From positions 293,609 to 357,608 of the forward strand of contig CAYYWQ010000001.1 of NCBI GenBank assembly GCA_964474825.1: 64,000 nt of DNA, given 5' to 3'. This stretch comes from an uncultured Candidatus Saccharibacteria bacterium. Lineage in GTDB: Bacteria > Patescibacteriota > Doudnabacteria > UBA920. The translations under genes were made by a program, and so were the position numbers. The notes below the pieces were generated by a model. The model ran no database searches, was not told the DNA's origin, and saw only the letters and a program-made list of their open reading frames with translations. Of this stretch, positions 9,062-18,466 are shown piece after piece. Position 1 is the first letter of the stretch, and each line of letters begins with the position of its first letter.

Positions 9062-10246
9062 ATGGAAAATAACTTGCAACAAAACAATATACCCGGCAAT
9101 GTTCCGCCTGTGGAGAAGCCCTCGGTGTGGGTAACGAACCCGAACCTTAAAATCTTGCTGGTTGCTTTAATTTTTGTATTTTTAGCGTGCGGAATTTTTT
9201 TGGTGGTACTAATGCAAGTCCAAAGCTATTACCGGAATAACGTTTTTGAGGAAGCACTGAAGAATGCTCCGAAACATCAAAATTCACAAAATGATCAGAG
9301 TTTAAAATCTTATAGTGATTCAACATTGGGAATTCAATTTAGTTATCCTTCGAATATTGCAGTTAATGAATTCAATGGCATTATTAGTTTAAGTCATAGC
9401 ATTCCTTTTGAAAATCACGGTGATTGCGACATGAAAGGCGACGAGAACATTTATCCTAATTTGAATGATTTCGGTGTTAGCGTTCAAATAAAGGCTGGCA
9501 CGGTGGCTCAAGTAGTTAAAAACCTTTCGCCGTATATGCCTGAGGAAAATTTTACTGCGGACGGCTTAAAGATAAACCCTGGGTTTATTGATGAGGCGCA
9601 AATAGGGGATTTTAAGGGTTTTTCCATTTTGGAAGGCGCGGAAGGCTGTGGACACATAATTTATTATTTCCCGGTAAACGGCGGCCGTACATTGGTAATA
9701 ACGAAAGCCAATGTGCAAATGCTTTCCAATATTATTGCCCCCGAGGTTCGTGAAGCAATTCTAAAAGTGCCGGGCGTAATTACCCCGGAACAATCTAATT
9801 TGATTTTTAATCAAATTATGGATTCTTTGAAAGTAACTTTCGGAACAGATAGTACTGGCTGGAAAATTTATAAAAATGAGGAGTATGGTTTTGAGTTTAA
9901 ATATCCTGAAAAAGCAAAACTTTATTTTTTGGATATTCCCTTTTCTGTTAGTGTTGATGGAAGTCAATTAGATTACCATTTAACATACCCATCGAATTTT
10001 TTTGATGTTACAGTTTTCAGTAATGATGCAGAAGCAGAGAAAAGTCTTGCGTCTAATAAAACAGGGAAAACTAGGACAATAGATGGTAAGATTTTTGTTC
10101 AATCTTTAAAAGGCGCGGAGCTTAGTTGCAACGGTTCTTATTTTTATAAGGATAAAAATTTAATTTATGATATTGCATATGGAGAGGATGATTGTAACGG
10201 AACAGCATATGAGCAAATTCTTTCTACTTTTAAATTTACAAACTAA
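9062..10246 (+). CDS. membrane-anchored surface protein with two PsbP-like repeats
   Basis: One TM helix, then repeats KSYSDSTLGIQFSYP and WKIYKNEEYGFEFKYP, each ending in a QI..S.K-type segment. Confidence 0.7.
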   Translation: MENNLQQNNIPGNVPPVEKPSVWVTNPNLKILLVALIFVFLACGIFLVVLMQVQSYYRNNVFEEALKNAPKHQNSQNDQSLKSYSDSTLGIQFSYPSNIAVNEFNGIISLSHSIPFENHGDCDMKGDENIYPNLNDFGVSVQIKAGTVAQVVKNLSPYMPEENFTADGLKINPGFIDEAQIGDFKGFSILEGAEGCGHIIYYFPVNGGRTLVITKANVQMLSNIIAPEVREAILKVPGVITPEQSNLIFNQIMDSLKVTFGTDSTGWKIYKNEEYGFEFKYPEKAKLYFLDIPFSVSVDGSQLDYHLTYPSNFFDVTVFSNDAEAEKSLASNKTGKTRTIDGKIFVQSLKGAELSCNGSYFYKDKNLIYDIAYGEDDCNGTAYEQILSTFKFTN

Positions 10247-10277
10247 TCACTAACAACTATCCACTAATCACTTATTT

Positions 10278-11975
10278 ATGTCCTACCACATCAAAGCCCG
10301 TAAGGCAAAAAAGTTGAATACTAAATTTATTTTTGTTTCCGGCGGAGTCATCTCGTCCGTAGGGAAGGGGATTACTACTGCTTCAATTGCCATGTTATTG
10401 GAATCTCGGGGTTATAAAGTGGCGCCGGTTAAGGCGGATATGTATTTGAATGTGGACGCTGGGACAATTAGGCCCCAGGAACACGGTGAAGTCTTTGTAA
10501 CTAAGGACGGTATGGAAACAGACCAGGACTTGGGGAATTACGAACGGTTTATAAATGCTGACCTTTCCAGTTCTAATTACATGACTAATGGTCAAATTTA
10601 CCAGACAATAATTCAAAAAGAACGGAATTTTGAGTACGACGGAGAAGATGTAGAAATTGTGCCGCATGTGCCTGAGGAAATTATTCGCCGTTTGGAAAAA
10701 GCCGCGGTGGAACGGCATGCGGATTTTGTAATTGCGGAAATTGGCGGCACAGTAGGGGAGTACCAAAATGTTTTGTATATGGAAGCTAACCGTATTATGA
10801 AGTATAGGGACAATCGCGAGGTTATTCATATTCATGTAGGTTACTTGCCCACGCCGCCGAGTGTTGGGGAAATGAAGTCCAAGCCAGTGCAAACTTCTGT
10901 CCGTATTTTAAATGGCAGCGGTATTCAGCCGGACTTCTTAATTTGTAGAGCGGAAAAAGCGGTGGACGATCGCCGTAAGGAAACCTTGGCCTGGGTAACA
11001 AGTGTGCCGGCCGCGAACATTATTTCTGCGCCAAACATTGACACTATATACAAAGTGCCAATGAATTTTGAGCAGCAGCATTTAACAGACAAAATTCTGG
11101 CAAAATTTGGGATGAAGTCTAAAAAGAATGACTTAGCCAAATGGAAAAATTTAATAAATAAAATTACGCACATTAACTCCGGCAAAAAGGAATTAAATGT
11201 TGCGGTTGTTGGTAAATATTACGAAACCGGGGCCTACAAATTAGCAGACGTTTATATTTCTGTTGTAGAAGCCATAAAGCATGCTTCTTGGAATAACGGG
11301 GTAAAAGCAAATTTGCACTGGATTTCCAGTATGGACGTGGAAAAGAACGGCGCACAAAAGGTATTAAAAGATTACGACGGAATTGTAGTGCCTGGCGGCT
11401 TTGGCAGCAGGGGAACGGAAGGGATGATAGAAACTATTAAGTATGCCCGTGAAAACAAGTTGCCGTATTTAGGTTTGTGTTATGGTATGCAAATGGCCAC
11501 AATTGAGTTTGCCAGGAACGTGGCTGGCCTAAAAATGGCTAATACAACAGAGGTTGATGACGATACGCCGCATCCGGTCATTCACATTATGCCTGACCAG
11601 GAAAAGAAGCTGTTAAACAGGGAATACGGAGCTACCATGCGCCTTGGCGGTTGGGACTGTGTTATACAAAGAGGCACCAAAACCGATAAAGCTTATAGCG
11701 ACCTTGGAGTAATTAAAAAGACCGGACTTGCTAAAATTAGCGAACGCCACCGTCACCGTTTTGAATTTAATAATATGTATCGTGAGCAGCTAGAAGAGGC
11801 CGGCTTAGTTATTGCCGGGACGACTCCGGACGGTAAACTTGTGGAAATTATTGAACTTAAAGACCATCCATATTTTGTGGGAAGCCAGTTCCATCCGGAA
11901 TTCCTGTCCCGCCCGCTTAGTCCACATCCACTTTTTGACGGGTTTGTAAAAGCCGCGGTAAAACTAAAAAAATAA
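10278..11975 (+). CDS. pyrG: CTP synthase
   Basis: GGVISSVGKG, HGEVFV, EIGGTVG, PGGFG, GLCYGMQ, ERHRHRFE, QFHPE. Confidence 0.97.
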   Translation: MSYHIKARKAKKLNTKFIFVSGGVISSVGKGITTASIAMLLESRGYKVAPVKADMYLNVDAGTIRPQEHGEVFVTKDGMETDQDLGNYERFINADLSSSNYMTNGQIYQTIIQKERNFEYDGEDVEIVPHVPEEIIRRLEKAAVERHADFVIAEIGGTVGEYQNVLYMEANRIMKYRDNREVIHIHVGYLPTPPSVGEMKSKPVQTSVRILNGSGIQPDFLICRAEKAVDDRRKETLAWVTSVPAANIISAPNIDTIYKVPMNFEQQHLTDKILAKFGMKSKKNDLAKWKNLINKITHINSGKKELNVAVVGKYYETGAYKLADVYISVVEAIKHASWNNGVKANLHWISSMDVEKNGAQKVLKDYDGIVVPGGFGSRGTEGMIETIKYARENKLPYLGLCYGMQMATIEFARNVAGLKMANTTEVDDDTPHPVIHIMPDQEKKLLNREYGATMRLGGWDCVIQRGTKTDKAYSDLGVIKKTGLAKISERHRHRFEFNNMYREQLEEAGLVIAGTTPDGKLVEIIELKDHPYFVGSQFHPEFLSRPLSPHPLFDGFVKAAVKLKK

Positions 11976-11992
11976 GACAGGTGCTTAGAAAT

Positions 11993-12032
11993 AAAAAAAC
12001 TCCCCGTCAGCCTAGGCTGACGGGGAGTTTTA
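11993..12032. terminator. bidirectional intrinsic terminator
   Basis: AAAAAAACTCCCCGTCAGC-CTAG-GCTGACGGGGAGTTTT between convergent pyrG and rpmA. Confidence 0.85.
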
Positions 12033-12039
12033 ATTGAAG

Positions 12040-12327
12040 TTATTTAGCAACTGTAGGAATTACGTTGACAATTTTTGTCTTCCTTAGGTTGCCGTGGAAT
12101 CTGGCGCTTTGTTTGTGCTGGAAATGGACTTTGCCTGTGGCCAGGGAATATAAAGTGCTGTCGCCGCCCATACGGACATTTTTGCCGGCATGGTACTTGC
12201 TGCCTTTTTGTCTAACAATAACCTGGCCGGTTCTAACGGCTTGGTTACCGAAAATTTTTACGCCTAAACGTTTGGATACTGAATCGCGGCCTAGTGCTGT
12301 ACTGCCGCCTGCTTTTTTATGGGCCAT
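12040..12327 (-). CDS. rpmA: 50S ribosomal protein L27
   Basis: [26 protein letters not shown]. Confidence 0.96.
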   Translation of the reverse strand: MAHKKAGGSTALGRDSVSKRLGVKIFGNQAVRTGQVIVRQKGSKYHAGKNVRMGGDSTLYSLATGKVHFQHKQSARFHGNLRKTKIVNVIPTVAK

Positions 12328-12404
12328 TTTATAGTAGTGTCAGTGGTCAGTGATCGTAGTTAGTTAAAACCCTGAATCTCATGCCGCTGTTAATTATGTA
12401 AAAT

Positions 12405-13751
12405 TTATTGCTTTTCGAAAACAACTATTTCCCTTGCCACGACCTGGTCTTTTCTGTCGTAAATCGCCGTGCCCCTTTGAGTAAGCTTTAAAAAGGGAAG
12501 CTTTTTGGCTATTTCAGGATTTATAATTGCCAATTGATTATAGCCTAATTCCTTAGCCCAGTCAATACCCGGGAGGTGTTCGTAACTGTCCCTGCCTTTT
12601 TTGTAGGCAGGCAAGCAAATTACAATTTTTCCTTTATTTGGCAAGAATTTTGTAAATTCCTTAAAGGATTGCTGGTAAAGTTTGCTTAAATCCGCGAAGT
12701 TTTTTTGAATTTCCTCGGTTTTGGGGTAGGAGCCATATATAGGTCCAAGGGTACATTCCGTAACAATACCATTTATTTTATGGCCTGATTTTTCAATTAG
12801 CTGCGCGACTTTAGTAGCGTCGCAAATTTCTACCCCGTATTTGCCTGGCGCTATTTTGTAACGGTTACGGAACCATTCCAGGTTTTGCTCACTGCCTTTT
12901 ATTGCTACTTTGTTAATGTCACTGCCAATCATTCTAAAACCTAAAAGCAACCCTTCCTGTATTATTGTTCCAATGCCGCAGAAAGGGTCTAACACAGTTT
13001 CCCCGGTTTTACATCCGGAAAGGTTAAGCATGATTTGCGCGACCTTAGGAGGTATCATGCCCTGTTTTTCGTCGCGCGCCGGCCGCTGGTAGTCACGCCT
13101 TCCGTAGTCTTCAAAATCCTGCACAGTCATAGTCTTGGCGGTGTAAATTACATTTTTTCCAGCAAGCAAACAAATTTCCGCGCCCTTTTGCAAAAGTAAA
13201 TTTTTTGTAACTACGACGCTGGCCAGGGACAGGGAGTTGAATTCCGGCAAAACTAAACGGACGCTTTGGCCCATTTCTGTTAGGGAATTTTTTATCATCA
13301 TGCCCAAACGTTTGGGTTCGCTAAAAATGTTAAAAGATATTTCCGGTGTTTTTGTTTTTTGCGGGTTAAACGGAGGACGCTTTAATAAATCCATGTCCAG
13401 TAAATACACGCTTAGGCCAAACTGGATTTTCCCTTTGTAATCTTTAAAAAAATTTTTCTTAATAACACTCGGTTTAAAGTAATGTTTTAAGGCGAAGTTA
13501 ATGGAGTCCTGTTCGCGTTTTTTTACTTCATCAATTACTTGTAGGATTTTTATAACACCGCCAAGTTTTTTTTGTAACCGCTCTATGTTAACTGTTTGGG
13601 CAGTTTCAATAATTAGGATTTCAGGGGAGGAGGCAATAATCTTAACTCCTTCGCCGGTCAGGCCTAAAGACGGGTCGGGCTTTTCTAAAACAGCGACCAG
13701 CTCGGCCACGGACAATGTGTAGACTCGGCCTAGGACAAAAGCGTATTTCAT
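12405..13751 (-). CDS. Trm11/TrmG10-like SAM-dependent RNA methyltransferase
   Basis: RDYQRP, GMIPPKVAQIMLNL, VLDPFCGIGT, GSDI, CDAT. Confidence 0.75.
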   Translation of the reverse strand: MKYAFVLGRVYTLSVAELVAVLEKPDPSLGLTGEGVKIIASSPEILIIETAQTVNIERLQKKLGGVIKILQVIDEVKKREQDSINFALKHYFKPSVIKKNFFKDYKGKIQFGLSVYLLDMDLLKRPPFNPQKTKTPEISFNIFSEPKRLGMMIKNSLTEMGQSVRLVLPEFNSLSLASVVVTKNLLLQKGAEICLLAGKNVIYTAKTMTVQDFEDYGRRDYQRPARDEKQGMIPPKVAQIMLNLSGCKTGETVLDPFCGIGTIIQEGLLLGFRMIGSDINKVAIKGSEQNLEWFRNRYKIAPGKYGVEICDATKVAQLIEKSGHKINGIVTECTLGPIYGSYPKTEEIQKNFADLSKLYQQSFKEFTKFLPNKGKIVICLPAYKKGRDSYEHLPGIDWAKELGYNQLAIINPEIAKKLPFLKLTQRGTAIYDRKDQVVAREIVVFEKQ

Positions 13752-13772
13752 TTATGGTATAATAATCTGGTA

Positions 13773-14168
13773 ATGGACTACCAGGAAATAAAAAATTGGC
13801 TGGAAGAAAAAGAAAATAAGCAGAAGATTGTTTTGGGTATCTGCTTTATTTTAGTATTTATTGTGGGTTTTGGGACAGGCAGGCTGTCGCCGGCGTCCCG
13901 AATTGCCCAGACTTCTAAACAACCTAATTATACCATAAAAACGTCCCCAAAACCAACCCCACCGTCAAAAAATGGGGGAGGGGATTCGGCCGTGGTTGCC
14001 GGGACTTCAACGCCTGCCACTTGTGTTATAAAAGGCAACATAAATTCCAAGGGCGGTAAAATTTACCACATCCCAGGCGGCGCTTCTTATAAAATTACCA
14101 AACCGGAACAGTGTTTTAATACTGAAGCCGAAGCGCGGGCTGCAGGGTTTACAAAATCCAGCCGATAA
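13773..14168 (+). CDS. membrane-anchored protein with C-terminal Ada-metal-binding-like (IKGN...YH..G...CF.TE.EA..AG) domain
   Basis: TM helix, Pro/Thr linker, CVIKGNINSKGGKIYHIPGGASY...CFNTEAEARAAGF. Confidence 0.7.
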   Translation: MDYQEIKNWLEEKENKQKIVLGICFILVFIVGFGTGRLSPASRIAQTSKQPNYTIKTSPKPTPPSKNGGGDSAVVAGTSTPATCVIKGNINSKGGKIYHIPGGASYKITKPEQCFNTEAEARAAGFTKSSR

Positions 14169-14235
14169 TTTTTGTTTAACCCATTTGGTCTAATGGCCTT
14201 TACCATTGACCGTTTTTTAATTTTGAGGTAATATA

Positions 14236-14510
14236 TCCCCACATTCCCGTTGTTGTATTGGGGACGCAGGAAGCCGTCTTGGGGCTATATAGGGTATAGG
14301 ATCTCGATTGCGGCTTCCTGCCAAATTTCAGTTCCCGTTGTTGTGATGCGCTTGGTTGTTCTGGGTCAGACGACCATTTTGCCCGGCAACGGGTCCAGCA
14401 GCCAAAGGAGGAAGTGACCAGGGGAATTACCTCCTTGTTCCCTATGGATCTAGAGGGCTTTTCACCCTCTTTGATCTTGGTTCACCTCTTTTAGGCTGCT
14501 GGATATTAAT
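14236..14510 (+). ncRNA. putative structured ncRNA of unknown family
   Basis: TTGACC-17-TAATAT upstream (14206-14234); several long GC-rich stems with G-U pairs valid on the + strand only; no convincing ORF. Confidence 0.55.
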
Positions 14511-14557
14511 ACCGGTAGCTTTTTTATTTTTATCCAATTTGTTATAATTTTCTTCGT

Positions 14558-15769
14558 ATGAGTAAACAAGGAAAAAATATTTATCTGGACCACGCAGCGA
14601 CAACTCCTGTTGACGCGGCAGTTTTAAAAGTTATGCAGCCTTTTTGGTCGGAAGAATTTGGTAATCCGTCCAGTCTTTATAAACAGGGGGTTATTGCGAG
14701 GAAAGCTGTTGAATTGTCGCGAAAAAAAATAGCTGAAATTATAGGAGCAAGGCCCCCTGAAATTATTTTTACAGCCGGCGGCACTGAGAGTTGTAATTTG
14801 GCTATTTTTGGTGTGGCCAGAAACCATAAACCAGTTAAAAAAAACCGCCCTCACATAATTATTTCTGCCATTGAACATCATGCAGTTTTAAATCCGGTAA
14901 AGGAACTGGAAGGGGAGGGATATGATGTTAGCGTTGTTCCAGTAGATGAATTTGGAGCGGTAAGTATACCCGCTATACAAAAAGCTGTCCGACCGCAGAC
15001 CATTTTAGTTTCTATAATTTATGCCAACAATGAAATTGGGACAATACAGCCGATTGCAGAGATAGGGAAGTCTATTAAAAAAATTAATTCCCAAAGGTTC
15101 GGTCGGGGATTGCCACAGATATATTTTCATACAGATGCGTGCCAAGCAGCCGGATTCTTGGATTTGGATGTCCTAAGTCTTGGGGTTGACCTCATGACAG
15201 TTAATGGCAGTAAGATTTATGGTCCAAAGCAGAGTGGCTTTTTATTTGTGAGGAACGGCATTAATTTAAAGCCACTTATATACGGCGGAGGTCAGGAAAA
15301 AGGCTTGAGGTCTGGTACGGAAAATGTTGCAGCAATTGTTGGGTTGGCTAAGGCTTTAGAAATGGCCGAATCTAAAAAAGCATTGCATTCCAAGAATGTA
15401 TTTAACTTACAAAAATATTTTATTTCTAAACTTTTAAAAATAAAGGGAGTTGAATTAAACGGACCAAAACCTGGTGACCAAAGATTAGTTAACAACATTA
15501 ACATTACAGTTAAGGGTGTTGAGGGTGAAGCCTTAATGCTTTACTTGGACAGTTATGGAATTGCTGTGTCTACCGGCAGCGCCTGCGCAACAGGGCTGGC
15601 CGAGGCGTCACACGTCTTATTAGCTCTAGGGCAGAACGAGTCCCAGGCAAGAAGCGCTATTAGACTAACCTTGGGCAAGGCTACCACTAAAGCCGAGGTT
15701 GATAGCGTGTTAAAGGTTATAAATGATTTAATAATAAAGCTAAGGGAAGTAAATAACTTTTTATTATAG
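14558..15769 (+). CDS. iscS: cysteine desulfurase (group I, IscS/NifS)
   Basis: IYLDHAATTP, GNPSS, FTAGGTE, IEHHAV, NNEIG, HTDACQA, GSKIYGPK, RSGTEN, STGSAC. Confidence 0.93.
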   Translation: MSKQGKNIYLDHAATTPVDAAVLKVMQPFWSEEFGNPSSLYKQGVIARKAVELSRKKIAEIIGARPPEIIFTAGGTESCNLAIFGVARNHKPVKKNRPHIIISAIEHHAVLNPVKELEGEGYDVSVVPVDEFGAVSIPAIQKAVRPQTILVSIIYANNEIGTIQPIAEIGKSIKKINSQRFGRGLPQIYFHTDACQAAGFLDLDVLSLGVDLMTVNGSKIYGPKQSGFLFVRNGINLKPLIYGGGQEKGLRSGTENVAAIVGLAKALEMAESKKALHSKNVFNLQKYFISKLLKIKGVELNGPKPGDQRLVNNINITVKGVEGEALMLYLDSYGIAVSTGSACATGLAEASHVLLALGQNESQARSAIRLTLGKATTKAEVDSVLKVINDLIIKLREVNNFLL

Positions 15770-15831
15770 ACGAACGGCGTGAGTTAATATAATTTTGTTG
15801 TTATTCGGGGGAGCCCTAAATAAGACATTTT

Positions 15832-15874
15832 AATAAAAAAACTACTTAAATATAAAATTAAGTAGTTTTTTATT
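15832..15874. terminator. AT-rich bidirectional hairpin
   Basis: AATAAAAAAACTACTTAA / TTAAGTAGTTTTTTATT inverted repeat between convergent genes. Confidence 0.55.
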
Positions 15875-15976
15875 TAGTAAAATTATTTTTAACCGATGCG
15901 CGGTAGATGAGTATGTTGTGTAGGGGAAGTATTATATGAATAATCGGTAGAGGACCCTTAAATAAAAATATCAATT

Positions 15977-16004
15977 GCGTCGCACAATGTATGTTGTGCG
16001 ACTT
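15977..16004. other. dif-like Xer recombination site (symmetric arms)
   Basis: GCGTCGCACAA-TGTATG-TTGTGCGACTT: 11-6-11 layout, 18/28 identical to E. coli dif. Confidence 0.6.
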
Positions 16005-16034
16005 ATAATATATTTCTTGTTGGTTTAAAGGCCA

Positions 16035-16472
16035 TTACTGGTTATTGTCGCTTATTGCTTTTGAGCAAGTTAATGTTAAGTTGTTAGGTTTGTTTTTGTT
16101 TAGGCTAATATCTACTTCAGATAGTATCGGCACTTCCTTAACAACGTTTCCGGTGCTGCTGCTTGGGTTTAAATAAATGTAACCAAGGGGGCATAAAGCA
16201 GAAAGATTGTCCTGTGTAGAGTTAACGTAGCTAATTATGTACTTCAGAGCAGAAATTTGATCTAACTGGTAGTTCTGGTTATTTGCGGTTAAGACAACTT
16301 TTACATCACCTTTATTTTCTGTTAGTGAGACCTGGTATTGGTTATAAATACCGGGTTGAGCTTGGTTGTTGTTATCAGGAGTTTTGTTAACAAAAAGTAT
16401 TACCACAATTAACCCAATTCCAATAATGCACAGGGCGGATAAAAGAATTATAATTATTTTTTTCTTGTTCAT
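16035..16472 (-). CDS. hypothetical membrane-anchored protein
   Basis: MNKKK plus a hydrophobic helix, Asn-rich domain with two Cys; low GC. Confidence 0.65.
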   Translation of the reverse strand: MNKKKIIIILLSALCIIGIGLIVVILFVNKTPDNNNQAQPGIYNQYQVSLTENKGDVKVVLTANNQNYQLDQISALKYIISYVNSTQDNLSALCPLGYIYLNPSSSTGNVVKEVPILSEVDISLNKNKPNNLTLTCSKAISDNNQ

Positions 16473-16492
16473 AAATATACTTTTAATATTAA

Positions 16493-17449
16493 TTAACCGC
16501 GATGGTTTGAAAGCCATTGAGCGACTGCGCGGACGCCTTCGTCCCAGGTATTGTATGTTCTTGTAGCCCCGGAGTCCGTGTTCCCAACATTTCCTGGATT
16601 TTTTGTTCTTACACCTAATCCTGCTGTGCCTAACTGACTGTCTGTCTGCATTAACGCAACCATTAATCTTGGGTCAACATTCAAGCTTTGCGCGGAAGTA
16701 AAAACCATGGCTCCTGTTAGCGGCGTATTTGAATGCATGGATTTTAAAACTTGATCTATAGAAGCTGCTGAAGAAAAATCCTGTCCGGAAAGCTTTCCGT
16801 ACACTTGGATTACTGTTATTTCGTGAGTTGGTGAAGTTGCGTAAGGGCCAATATTGTAGCCCTGAAAAACGCATGTTGTTGTAGTACATCCGGAAGGTAT
16901 GCCCGGACCCGTTACTCCTCCCCCGCTCCCTACCCCAGGCCAAGGGGCCACTGTTCCCACTGAAGGCGGAGTAACCGTTTGAAACTGCAACAAGTCCGGA
17001 TTTATTGCCCTGAGTAAAATATAACCGCCAAACAAAATAACCATGGACACAATGGAACTTTCAAAAATACTTTTAGCCTTGTCTACGGATTCCTGGTTGC
17101 CTGCGGAATTCATGTACAAATATCCGGCAATGACTATGAACATTATGGAAACAACACTTCCTGCGGCTATGGCAAACCGGTAAAGCTTGTTAATGCAGTT
17201 AAACAAATCATTGCCTGCGGCATTGTTTTGAAGTGTTGGGTTATTTGAAATATTTGTCCCAAAGTACGTGGTAGTAACCGCGCTCTTACTGGCATCTGTG
17301 GGAGCGCATAAATAGTCCTTAATGCTTTGCTCAACACCTCCATAGACAATGGGGGTGTTGGTTTGGGCGTAGGCAAGGTTAATGTGGGCGAGGAGGAGTT
17401 GCGAAACTATTAACACGTAAAAGAAAAGTTTGAATTTAGGATTGCGCAT
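16493..17449 (-). CDS. pilin-like (VirB2/TrbC-type) protein with C-terminal lysozyme-fold/GH73-like domain
   Basis: Signal peptide ...AYA|Q; two-TM core IVIAGYLYMNSAGN...AK...ILLRAINPDL; C-terminus NVDPRLMVALMQTDSQLG...NPGNVG...YNTWDEGV. Confidence 0.7.
   Translation of the reverse strand: MRNPKFKLFFYVLIVSQLLLAHINLAYAQTNTPIVYGGVEQSIKDYLCAPTDASKSAVTTTYFGTNISNNPTLQNNAAGNDLFNCINKLYRFAIAAGSVVSIMFIVIAGYLYMNSAGNQESVDKAKSIFESSIVSMVILFGGYILLRAINPDLLQFQTVTPPSVGTVAPWPGVGSGGGVTGPGIPSGCTTTTCVFQGYNIGPYATSPTHEITVIQVYGKLSGQDFSSAASIDQVLKSMHSNTPLTGAMVFTSAQSLNVDPRLMVALMQTDSQLGTAGLGVRTKNPGNVGNTDSGATRTYNTWDEGVRAVAQWLSNHRG
16992..17400. repeat. 409-bp direct repeat, copy 1
   Basis: Identical by eye to 18001-18409 (offset 1009 bp). 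Confidence 0.95.
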
Positions 17450-17453
17450 TAAT

Positions 17454-18461
17454 TTAAAAATTAACATGAATGTTGCCGCCAGTAGTAGTTTCGGTTCTAC
17501 ATGCCGCTACGTATTCGTCCAAAAAAGAAACAACGGCTCCGGAAGTTTGCGCTGCCTTGTAGAAAGCTGTAGAGCACGCGGAGTTATAAGGGCTAATATT
17601 AAAGTCCGCGCAATTTCCCGTTGTGCTGTTGCCCGGGTGGTGGCATCCTGAAGCGCTGGGTCCGCCATTGACCTGAATAGCGCTGGAAATTTTTATGGTG
17701 CAACCGCTGCTACTGCCTAATTGGTTATAGGCACTTATAAAAGTGCTGGCTCTTTGCGCGGCCGAGGGGGAAAGCAAACACGTGCCGTTGTTACTGACGC
17801 AGTCGTGAGTGGGAGTTAAGGACGAAACATTTTGGCAATTAGTCCCTACGGTGCATCCTGAAGAAGGAGTAATGCTAAATCTTTGGTTGCAAGCAGTTGA
17901 GCCGGTTGGTGGTGTCCCACTGGGTGAAGGAGGAACAATACTTGGCCCCACCCAAGGTGTTACCGCAATAGACGGCGGATTAACAGGCTGGAATTGTAGT
18001 AAGTCCGGATTTATTGCCCTGAGTAAAATATAACCGCCAAACAAAATAACCATGGACACAATGGAACTTTCAAAAATACTTTTAGCCTTGTCTACGGATT
18101 CCTGGTTGCCTGCGGAATTCATGTACAAATATCCGGCAATGACTATGAACATTATGGAAACAACACTTCCTGCGGCTATGGCAAACCGGTAAAGCTTGTT
18201 AATGCAGTTAAACAAATCATTGCCTGCGGCATTGTTTTGAAGTGTTGGGTTATTTGAAATATTTGTCCCAAAGTACGTGGTAGTAACCGCGCTCTTACTG
18301 GCATCTGTGGGAGCGCATAAATAGTCCTTAATGCTTTGCTCAACACCTCCATAGACAATGGGGGTGTTGGTTTGGGCGTAGGCAAGGTTAATGTGGGCGA
18401 GGAGGAGTTCAAGCACCAACAGTACTAAAAAAAGGTTTTTAAATTTTTGATTTCTAGTCAT
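17454..18461 (-). CDS. pilin-like (VirB2/TrbC-type) protein with C-terminal M15-like Zn peptidase domain
   Basis: Same pilin core; Cys-rich linker; ISSA...SGCHHPG...GNCADF...GGNIHV. Confidence 0.7.
   Translation of the reverse strand: MTRNQKFKNLFLVLLVLELLLAHINLAYAQTNTPIVYGGVEQSIKDYLCAPTDASKSAVTTTYFGTNISNNPTLQNNAAGNDLFNCINKLYRFAIAAGSVVSIMFIVIAGYLYMNSAGNQESVDKAKSIFESSIVSMVILFGGYILLRAINPDLLQFQPVNPPSIAVTPWVGPSIVPPSPSGTPPTGSTACNQRFSITPSSGCTVGTNCQNVSSLTPTHDCVSNNGTCLLSPSAAQRASTFISAYNQLGSSSGCTIKISSAIQVNGGPSASGCHHPGNSTTGNCADFNISPYNSACSTAFYKAAQTSGAVVSFLDEYVAACRTETTTGGNIHVNF
18001..18409. repeat. 409-bp direct repeat, copy 2
   Basis: Identical by eye to 16992-17400. Confidence 0.95.
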
Positions 18462-18466
18462 AAAAA

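Noticed and set aside
14244-14344. CRISPR-like array from the repeated TTCCCGTTGTTGT
   Set aside because: Only two 13-bp copies and no cas genes in the window.
14400-14430. RNase P, SRP or tmRNA identity for the structured RNA
   Set aside because: GAGGAAGTGACC only loosely resembles GAGGAAAGTCC; the 3' P4 motif, SRP helix-8 motif and tRNA-like CCA end are missing.
16992-18409. DGR template/variable repeat pair
   Set aside because: The copies are identical with no adenine-specific mismatches, and no reverse transcriptase is present in the window.
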